Positions 27,967-35,624 of a stretch of 35,624 nt of DNA are shown one piece after another. How positions within the stretch are numbered: the stretch's first letter is position 1; the number at the start of each line of letters is the position of its first letter. This DNA is from an uncultured Actinomycetes bacterium (GTDB lineage Bacteria > Actinomycetota > Thermoleophilia > RBG-16-64-13), in NCBI GenBank assembly GCA_963706025.1, contig CAVPLM010000029.1, positions 1-35,624 of the forward strand, written 5' to 3'. Position numbers and translations under genes: made by a program. The notes beneath the pieces were generated by a model. That model had not been told where the DNA came from, did no database searches, and was given only the letters and a program-made list of their open reading frames with translations.

Positions 27967-28350
27967 GTGCGCGAGTTGATTCAGCCGGAGGGGCTCTGGG
28001 ACCCTCGGCCCCGGTATGCTCAGGTGCTGAAATCCGGCAAACAAGCGTGGATTTCCGGTCAGGTCTCCGTGGATGAGAACGGGAACACTGTCGGAGAGGG
28101 AGACATCGAAACCCAGACTCGCCAGGTCTTCGAAAACTTGAGGAGAGCTCTGGAATCGATCGGGGCCGGATTCGACGATGTTGTGAAACTGCACGTCTAC
28201 TCTACCGACATCGATGCCCACTACTCGACGATCGCTGCCTTTCGGAAGACGCACTTCACCAGCCCTGTGCCCAGCACTACTCTCCAGATCTCAAGGCTCG
28301 TGCTGCCGGAGTGGCTCCTGGAGATCGAGGCGGAGGTGCTCCTGCCGTAG
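27967..28350 (+). CDS. RidA/YjgF/Rid family protein
   Basis: YAQV, ISGQV, DIETQTRQVFENL, PVPSTTLQISRL, LLEIEA. SD AAGGGAG. Confidence 0.92.
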   Translation: MRELIQPEGLWDPRPRYAQVLKSGKQAWISGQVSVDENGNTVGEGDIETQTRQVFENLRRALESIGAGFDDVVKLHVYSTDIDAHYSTIAAFRKTHFTSPVPSTTLQISRLVLPEWLLEIEAEVLLP

Positions 28351-28383
28351 CCGAAACTGCCGCAGCACCCAGTACGTCTGGCG

Positions 28384-28551
28384 TTACAGTGAGCGGCCGT
28401 GGACGGGATGTTGCGCGAGATTCGCCTGCTGTTTTGCGTCCTTTTCGCTCGGGCTGAATCCCTGGGCCAGGCGGCCGTTGAGCCAGACGCGCCAGACCCA
28501 CAGCGGCCGCTCGGACGTCGATGTTTCTGCCTCGTGTACTTCGATCCTCAT
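28384..28551 (-). CDS. Small hypothetical protein (55 aa), absent from the ORF track
   Basis: Hand translation MRIEVHEAETSTSERPLWVWRVWLNGRLAQGFSPSEKDAKQQANLAQHPVHGRSL*; SD-like GAGAGGA 12 nt upstream. Confidence 0.6.
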   Translation of the reverse strand: MRIEVHEAETSTSERPLWVWRVWLNGRLAQGFSPSEKDAKQQANLAQHPVHGRSL

Positions 28552-28840
28552 GGCCCCGTAGTGTCCTCTCGCTCGTCAGCTGTCGTAGATTTGGCTCGCG
28601 CGTGGGTCCCTGAACGACGGAGAGCCCGGTCAGCGACGATGCGCCCGTTGAGATTGGCGGAGGAGGAAAAGACGGGAAGGCAACAGTGGGTTTGCGCTTG
28701 CTGCGCACAATTCACAGGTGCGGTGCCCATTCTGGCCCTTCTGAGAGCAGAGAACGTCTCTGCTGCGCTTCAGTATACACCTCGAGTCGCTATGGGAGGG
28801 CATTGGAGCATGTCACGCTTCTTGTCCGTCGTGCTTTGCT

Positions 28841-29524
28841 TCAATCGTATCCCTCGAAGCGCTCCACCTTGATGGACTCGGGGCGGATGCCCCACCCAAG
28901 GAGCAACTCCCGCATCGACTGGCCGAACGACGGGGGACCGCTCACGTAATAGGACCAGCGATGCGGCTTCGGCAGCTCCCGGGCCAGGATGTCCTCGCTA
29001 ATGTGACCGCGATAGCCCGACCGGTCGGTCTCCGGACGGCTGAGGACGTGGACCACTCGGAGTGCCGGCAACGCAGTCTCGATCTCCGCAAGTTCCTGCT
29101 GGAATGGGATGCTCTCCTCTGAGCGATTGGCGTAGACGAGAACGATCTGCCGGGGCATCGTCTCTCCGGGCGTCGCCGCGTTTGTGGAGGAGCCCGTGAG
29201 ATCGGCCAACCGCCGCAGGATACTTCGCACGCAGGTTATCCCTATTCCGCCCGTGAGGAAAGCCACGCGCCCGGGAGCGTCTCCCAGCGTGAAGGCGCCG
29301 TACGGACCTTCAACTTCGACCTCGGCCCCAAGGGGAAGGGCGTCGAGCGCATTCTTGAACTCCGTGCCCCGTACCCGGGTCGTGAATTCGAGGAAAGGTT
29401 CGGTTGGAGAATTAGAATGCGAAAAGTGGTGGACGTAGGGCTCCGCGGGGCCGGGGAAGGTGATGACGAACCATTGCCCCGCCCTGAAGTCATAATCCCG
29501 CGGTCGCTCGAACTGGAAACTCAC
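28841..29524 (-). CDS. FAD/NAD(P)-binding oxidoreductase, ferredoxin-NADP reductase (FNR)-like
   Basis: FRAGQW, HHFSHSNSP, EGPYG.F, LTGGIGIT, YANR, YVSGPP, ERF. The N-terminus probably extends to about 29585 across an indel near 29535 (AQPSFRSRLFGKT in another frame after SD AGGAGAGG). Confidence 0.88.
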   Translation of the reverse strand: MSFQFERPRDYDFRAGQWFVITFPGPAEPYVHHFSHSNSPTEPFLEFTTRVRGTEFKNALDALPLGAEVEVEGPYGAFTLGDAPGRVAFLTGGIGITCVRSILRRLADLTGSSTNAATPGETMPRQIVLVYANRSEESIPFQQELAEIETALPALRVVHVLSRPETDRSGYRGHISEDILARELPKPHRWSYYVSGPPSFGQSMRELLLGWGIRPESIKVERFEGYD

Positions 29525-29737
29525 AATGTCCGCGACCCGCGCGGGTCTTGCCGAAGAGCCGGCTCCTGAACGATGGTTGAGCTACGGCCGTTCCTCTCCT
29601 TCGCAGGGTCCTCCTGCAGATTCCCCATGGCCGCCCCTGAGAAACCAGCGGCTCTGCGACGCTGCGATTAGGATCGCGTCAAGTGGGGAAGGACATACGA
29701 AACCAAGCAGCCAGCCCGCAGTGAAGGAGAGAAGCCG

Positions 29738-30154
29738 ATGAGACCTGGACTCATCAGATCCGGACGATCGTCAGCACGAAGGGCCGGCGTGATCATGATC
29801 GCCATGGTGGCGATTCTTGCGGTACTCATGCTGATGGCGGCGTGCGGAAGCTCCGGCGGCGATACCACCACAACCGGCACTCCAGGCACAACGGGTAGCA
29901 GCGGCGGCGGTGCACAGGTGGTGATGAAGAGCATGGCCTTTGACCCCGCGTCGGTGACGGTCAAAGCGGGAGAGAGTGTGACCTGGACCAACCAGGACTC
30001 GGCGACTCACACGGTGGTGGGTGACAACGACGAGTTCAAGAGTGGCGACCTTGCCAACGGGGGCAGCTTCAGCTTCACGTTCGACAAAGCCGGCACCTAC
30101 ACATATCACTGTGGCATCCACCCGAGCATGAAGGGGACAGTGGTCGTCCAGTAG
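29738..30154 (+). CDS. Cupredoxin (plastocyanin/amicyanin-like) lipoprotein
   Basis: Lipobox LMAAC, Thr/Gly linker, WTNQDSATHTV and YHCGIHPSMKG supplying the type 1 Cu ligands His/Cys/His/Met. Confidence 0.92.
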   Translation: MRPGLIRSGRSSARRAGVIMIAMVAILAVLMLMAACGSSGGDTTTTGTPGTTGSSGGGAQVVMKSMAFDPASVTVKAGESVTWTNQDSATHTVVGDNDEFKSGDLANGGSFSFTFDKAGTYTYHCGIHPSMKGTVVVQ

Positions 30155-30212
30155 GTGCGATGGCGCCGGCCACAAAGACCCCGCTAGGACTGCGGGCACG
30201 GAGGAGGTCGCC

Positions 30213-32613
30213 GTGGCCACATTTGTCACCCCGAAGGATGCATTTGGATGGCCCGGCATCGAGCCGCGTTGGACGCAGGGTAACAAAGACGGGGTAGGGA
30301 CAGCCTATTCCGGCGACAGCCGGGTGTGGTTCACCATATGGAACGGCTGCATCACCGAGGTGTTCTACCCCACGATCGATAGGGCCCAAATACGGGACCT
30401 ACAGTTCTTGCTGACAGATGGTAGGACCTTCTTTCACGAGGAGAAGCGCGACCTCCATTCCATTACGGAACGCTTCGCCGGGTTCTCGTTGGGATATCGC
30501 GTCACAAATACCGATCCCGCCGGCCGGTACAGCATCGTGAAGGACGTTATCGCCGCTCCCCACCTGTCTTGCGTCCTTCAACGCGTACGCCTGACCGGCA
30601 AGAAACGATTCCTGTCTTCTCTGCGGGTCTATTCGCTCTGCGCCCCCCATCTGCAGGTGGGTGGCTGGGGCAACAGCGCTCGGGTGGTCGAGTCGAACGG
30701 GGCGCGTATCCTTGTGGCCGACAAAGACGGGTCGTGGCTTGCCTTGGGTGCGACCCCTTCCTTGTCCAAGTGCTCCTGCGGATACGTGGGCCGGTCGGAC
30801 GGCTGGACCGACTTGGCCGACAACTACCAGATGGACTGGGAGTTCACCAGGGCTCTCGATGGCAACGTGGCCCTCATGGGGGAGATCGGCCTGGAGGGCG
30901 AGACCGAGTTCACTCTGGGCCTGGCCTTCGGGCTCGGTCTTCAGGCTGCCGTCAACACCCTTGTTCAAGCGCTGAGCACACCGTTTGAAGCCCAACTCGA
31001 GCGCTACGAGGCCGAATGGGCGCGGCCGTGCGCAAAGGTGCTGGCCCTCGAGAGGTCGTCTTGCGACGGGGGGTCGCTCTACCAAAGCAGCTACCGGCTT
31101 CTTCTTGCCCACGAGGACAAGATCTTCCCCGGGGCTCTGATCGCCTCAATGTCCATCCCCTGGGGAGAGGTGCGCGGGGACGAGGATGTGGGGGGTTATC
31201 ATCTCGTTTGGACCCGCGATCTAGTGAATAGCGCCCTGGGGCTGCTGGCGGCCGGAAACACCGATACGCCTCTCCGGGCTCTCATCTACCTGGCCACGAG
31301 CCAGCGGGGTGATGGAGGTTTCCCTCAGAACTTCTGGATCGACGGCCAAGCCTACTGGGAGGGCGTCCAACTCGACGAGGTGGCTCTCCCCATCATCCTG
31401 GCGTGGCGTCTGCACGTGGCCGGAGCCTTGGGCGGTTTCGACCCCTATCCCATGGTCCTTGGCGCCGCCCATTATCTGATCGAGAACGGCCCCGCGACCG
31501 CGCAGGAGCGCTGGGAAGAAGCCTCGGGATACTCGCCGTCCACGCTGGCCTCGAGTATCGCGGCCCTGTTGTGCGCCGCGCTTTTCGCCCGCGAACGAGG
31601 CGACGAACCCACAGCGAGGTATCTCGAGGAGTACGCGGATTTTCTCGAGTGTCACGTCGATACTGTGGACCGTGACCACCGAGGGCACGTTGTATGCGGA
31701 GGTCACCAGACATTTCATCCGCATCTGCCCGGTGGCGATCGACGATCCCCGGCCCGCCGAAGATCCGAACCGGGGCGTTCTTGCCATCAAGAACCTGGCC
31801 TTGGGCGAGCGGGGCGACTTCCCCGCCAAGGAGATCGTCGATGCCGGATTCCTGGAGTTGGTCAGATACGGGATCCGCGCCCCCACCGACCCTACGGTGA
31901 TCGACTCCCTCAAGGTCATCGACGCCGTGCTCAAAGTCGACACGCCGGCCGGGCCGTGCTGGCGCCGATACAACCACGACGGCTACGGCCAACGCGAAGA
32001 TGGCGGGCCCTTTCAGGGGCACGGCCGCGGCCGCGCCTGGCCCCTCTTGACAGGAGAGCGCGCCCACTACGAGCTGGCGCTGGGTCGGGATGTCTCGAGT
32101 TTGATAGCGGCCATGGAGGGGTTCGCCTCGCCCAGTGGACTGTTGCCGGAGCAGGTGTGGGACGAAGACGATCGACCGCACCAACATCTGTTTCTCGGCA
32201 AGCCCACCGGCTCGGCCATGCCCCTCATGTGGGCCCACGCGGAATATGTGAAGCTGCTGAGATCAGTCCGTGACGGCGAGGTCTTCGACCGGGTGGAGGC
32301 TGTCGCCCGTCGCTACCTGGGCGCGAGACACTCCTGCACGGATCTCGAGATATGGAAGCACAACAGACAGCCTCGGTCGGTCAGGCGTGGATCTCTCCTG
32401 CGTGTTCAAGCATCCGGCTACTTCCGACTGGTCTTCACGGTCGACGATTGGCAGACGCACGCGACGGAAGACTCCCTGGCGACCGCACTGGGTGTTTGCT
32501 ATGTAGACATACCGGTCACTGATCACCGAGCAGCGCGTATTCTCTTCACTTTCCATTGGCCCGAGGAGGATCGGTGGGAGGGGCGAGACTACGAAGTGAC
32601 GGTAGTGCCATGA
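30213..32613 (+). CDS. Glycoside hydrolase family 15 glucoamylase/glucodextranase-like enzyme (+1 frameshift near 31662)
   Basis: AFGWPGIEPRWT...KDGVGTA, GGYHLVWTRDL, QLDE, QERWEEASG (general acid), then RYNHDGYG, WPLLTGER, LPEQVWD (general base), SAMPLMWAHAEY. C-terminal CBM-like domain. Confidence 0.92.
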
Positions 32614-32675
32614 CCGGACCGTGTTGCGGTGAGCGACGTTCCCGATAAGCTGGGACTGACCCGAAGGAGCTAGAT

Positions 32676-33083
32676 GTGGACGTGACTAGGAACGTGGCCA
32701 TCTTCAACCTCGCAGTGCAGGCGCTACTGGTCGCCGGGGTCTTTGGCGGAGCGTATCTTGCCTGGAGGCGGAAGTTCGGCCGGCATTGCCTGCTCATGAG
32801 AGTGCTGATGGGTGTGCAGATCCTGCTGATCGGCGTCATAATGGCTCCGCAACTTGCTCGTTACATAAGGCCTTGGAGCGGTTTCTCTGCGCTCATCGTT
32901 GAACTCATCGTCCACCACGTGCTCGGCCTTGTCGCGCTGGCCCTGTGGATCTACATAAACCTAGCGATGACCGGTGTCGTCAAGGCGCCCCGGCGTTACA
33001 CCTGGTTTATGAGGAGCGCTCTCGCCTCGTGGGTCGCCTCGCTGGCGCTCGGCGGTTATCTGTTCTGGTACATATGGCGCTGA
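32676..33083 (+). CDS. Four-helix membrane protein, DUF420-like
   Basis: Four hydrophobic segments with RHCLLM and HHVLG histidines. SD AAGGAG. Confidence 0.65.
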   Translation: MDVTRNVAIFNLAVQALLVAGVFGGAYLAWRRKFGRHCLLMRVLMGVQILLIGVIMAPQLARYIRPWSGFSALIVELIVHHVLGLVALALWIYINLAMTGVVKAPRRYTWFMRSALASWVASLALGGYLFWYIWR

Positions 33084-33153
33084 GCGCCTGGTGAGAAGGC
33101 CGGGGTTTCATCAGGGCGCGTGTGAGGTCCCGAGTCTTCCACGTTGGCTTCGC

Positions 33154-34996
33154 TCAGCTTCCTTCGAGGCTGAGCGCGAGAAGAGCGAGGTCGTCCGGCA
33201 AGGCTCCGCCTGCAAACTCGACGACGTGCCTGAGTACTTCGCGGGGTACTTCATCGACTGGTTGAGAGACTGCCTTCCTTAGAGTATCGACGAGTCTCTC
33301 TTCCCCGAAGAAATCCGGACCGCGACGAGCCTCGGTCGCTCCATCGGTGTAGAGAAACAGGAGGTCGCCGCTCTTGAGCGAGACCTGGGCCTCTGTGTAG
33401 GCTGATTTGTTCCACGCTGCAAGAACGGGAGATCCTGACTCAAGAAAGAGAGTCTTTCCGGTCTTCTTCCGGATGACGGGAGGCGGGTGCCCGGCGCGGG
33501 CGTACCGAAGCCTACCGGTGGCGAGGTCCAGTCTGCCGAAGAAGGCGGTTATGAAACTTGCCCCATTGGATTGCCTCCAAAGGACCTCGTTGGTCCTTGC
33601 CATGACCGCTGCCGGAGCCCCATGCTCGTAGGCGAAGGCTTTCATGGCGTTCTTGGCCAAGCTGGCCAATGCTGCCGCCCCGATACCTCGGCCCGCGACA
33701 TCGCCGATGAGAAGACCTATGTCGCCCCCGGTCCATGGGGAAGAGGTCATAGAAGTCCCCGCCCACGTCGGCGCCGATGGTGGCCGAGCGATGAACGTGA
33801 CCGAACTTCACGCCGGGCAGCCTCGGTGGTACGGTCAGCAGCGCCTCCTGGAGGCTCTGGGCAATGATCCGCTGGTGCTCGAACGCCTGGGCGTTCTCAA
33901 GGGCCAAGGACACCGAAGCAGCCAGGCGGGCAGCGAAGCCGACCTGGGTCTCGATCGTAGCTACGGGTCGCGACTGGAAGCCGAACACGAAGGTGCCGAC
34001 CGGGCGGCCATGAGAGGAGAGCGGAGCTGCCAGTAATGACCGCATACCTAGCCGGCACACTACGTCACGATTGCAGCGGTCGTCGGCAAGGGCGTCGGGT
34101 ACGCCGATGGGAGACCCCTGCCTCATCGCCTGGGAGCTGAGCGTGAACTCATCGTCCTGGAACGTCTGTCCCAGGAGCTCCTCAGGGTGCCCGTGGGTGT
34201 AAGCCACCACCCAGTGCCCGTCCTGACGGAGGTTGACAAGGGCCGATTCGGCCCCCAGCGCTTGGGCAGCCTCCGTGATAACGCGGTTCATGAGTTGATC
34301 GGGGTCGTGGATCGTGCCCAGGGTAAGATTCATCCCGCTGAGGGCCTCGCTGAGCCGCAGCGCTTCGCCGCGCTCGGCCTCAAGCTGCCGCCGGTCGGTA
34401 ACGTCGGTGACCAAAGCCAGCGCACCCTGGTATCGGCCCTGCTCATCTACCATAGCCGTCGTGGAGAGGGCGGCTACAAGCGGCCCCCCATCCTTGCGCC
34501 GGAATTGGAAGTCATGTTGCTCGCCGATGCCCTGCCGACGGCGATCCACGTTCCGCTCTGCAGCCCTGCGCCACTCCTCATCCATGAAGGCGAAGAGCGG
34601 CTCGCCGAGCATCTCCGCCACGCTGTACCCGAGCATGTCGGCCATGCGCTGGTTGACGAAGGAAGTCTTGTCATCGGCGTCGATGATCCAGATGCCCTCG
34701 CTCGCCAGCTCGACGATCTGCCGGTAGCGTTCGCTGCTGAGTCGCTCGGCCACCTCGGCGCGCCGTAGCTCTCTCTCGGTCTCTGCCGTGATCGACGCAA
34801 GCTCTTCGTTTTCCCGGCAGACCCCTTGCGCTTTGGCGCGGAGACCGGCGAGTGCCGCAGACACTTCTCCGAGCAACTCGGCGAGGGGGGGTTTGCTGAC
34901 GCCTGCCTCCGCCCGACCCTTGAGGGCTTCCACGAGCTGTTGCAGTGCCTCGAATCCCGCATCCAGCGAGCCAGAGACTACCTTTTCGTTCTCCAC
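33154..34996 (-). CDS. PAS-GAF-PP2C (SpoIIE/RsbU-family) serine phosphatase (+1 frameshift near 33730)
   Basis: PAS (EGIWIID...FVNQRMADMLGY...FRRKDG), GAF (SLLAAPL), VGGDFYD, IGDVAGRG, AGHPPP, LYTDG.TE, DD. GTG 34996 follows GAGGAGG. Confidence 0.9.
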
Positions 34997-35046
34997 CCGT
35001 GCGACCCTCCTCTCTCCGTCCCAGCCATACACAGATGGATGCCTCA

Positions 35047-35075
35047 ATGATAGCCATGGGCGCTCTTATTGTCCA
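35047..35075 (-). promoter_or_regulatory. Sigma70-type promoter of the phosphatase gene
   Basis: TGGACA-17 nt-TATCAT on the minus strand. Confidence 0.55.
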
Positions 35076-35140
35076 AGGCGGTACCGGAGGATGACGGAGG
35101 GACTCGAACCCGGTCAACGCTGACGGAGTCTGCGCGAGGA

Positions 35141-35602
35141 TCAGTCGGCGCGAGAATCCTCCGTCAATATGAGCGCCAGCGACTCTCGGAATCGTTGCCG
35201 ATCTTCGTCCAGGAACGGGGCAGGTCCTGTCGTGCGTCCCCCGGCGCGTCGATGTCGTTGCTCGGCATGACGGACGGCCAACTCGGCATCGATGGTGGCT
35301 GGTAAGTACTGGCGACCTCGTGGGCTCAAGGCCCGGCACCCTCGGCCCAGGGCCATCGCTGCAAGCCCGATGTCGCCCGTCACCACGATGTCCCCCGGAC
35401 TCAGCCGGGGCACCATGGTGAAGTCGGCGGAGTCTCGTCCCGATCCCACTTGCAGGATCTCCACCCCGGTTCGTCCTGCAAAGTGGGAGAGGTTCTGCGA
35501 CTGGTTGGCGACCAGGACGACCGGCAGCGAGCGCGACCGGGCCACTGCTATGGCGTCGCGCGTGACAGGACAGGCATCTGCGTCGATGAAGATCGTGGTC
35601 AT
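35141..35602 (-). CDS. YaiI/YqxD (UPF0178) family protein
   Basis: IFIDADACPV, DSADF, GDIVVTGDIGLA, SPRG, GGRTTGPAPF. ATG 35602 lies 6 nt after TATAGT (probably leaderless). Confidence 0.92.
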   Translation of the reverse strand: MTTIFIDADACPVTRDAIAVARSRSLPVVLVANQSQNLSHFAGRTGVEILQVGSGRDSADFTMVPRLSPGDIVVTGDIGLAAMALGRGCRALSPRGRQYLPATIDAELAVRHAEQRHRRAGGRTTGPAPFLDEDRQRFRESLALILTEDSRAD

Positions 35603-35624
35603 GTCCAAACTATACTTGGCCACA

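Noticed and set aside
28399-28949. Plus-strand ORFs 28399-28872 and 28686-28949
   Set aside because: Atypical codon usage and overlap with the FNR gene; the minus-strand 55-aa ORF with promoter and SD explains the region better.
31665-32273. Arg-rich C-terminal 200 aa of the 686-aa ORF as a separate domain
   Set aside because: Wrong-frame run-on after the indel; GH15 motifs continue in ORF 31672-32613.
35060-35140. Intact tRNA gene
   Set aside because: Only a T-loop-like 13-mer is present; a cloverleaf cannot be built.
1-35624. CRISPR arrays, tandem repeats, IS elements, known riboswitches, selenocysteine or programmed frameshift recoding
   Set aside because: No regularly spaced repeats, transposase motifs, recognisable riboswitch consensus, in-frame TGA at catalytic Cys positions or slippery heptamers at the frame breaks were seen by eye; Rfam and CRISPR searches were not run.

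Overview
High-GC bacterial chromosomal segment of about 38 CDS. The gene content (transhydroxylase-type molybdoenzyme, 2-oxoacid:ferredoxin oxidoreductase, CooT, SLH protein, probable leaderless starts) suggests an anaerobe, possibly an actinobacterium of the Thermoleophilia type; this taxonomy is inference only. No rRNA, intact tRNA, CRISPR array, transposase or integrase was recognised. Eight genes appear to be broken by about 17 single-base indels, mostly +1 insertions, which look like long-read errors. Most notable: (i) a close homologue of the pyrogallol:phloroglucinol transhydroxylase large subunit with apparent active-site substitutions and no adjacent small subunit, followed by a DUF3786 gene, an RLI-type ferredoxin and a small nickel-handling cluster (HNxxH protein plus CooT) without a nickel enzyme; (ii) an OFOR alpha plus beta-gamma fusion converging on a SucCD pair whose beta subunit lacks the FGGI(V) succinate loop; (iii) an MBL hydrolase, methyltransferase and radical SAM operon next to an SLH protein; (iv) a 55-aa protein missed by the ORF track, with a long structured leader. 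All family calls come from motif recognition without database searches.
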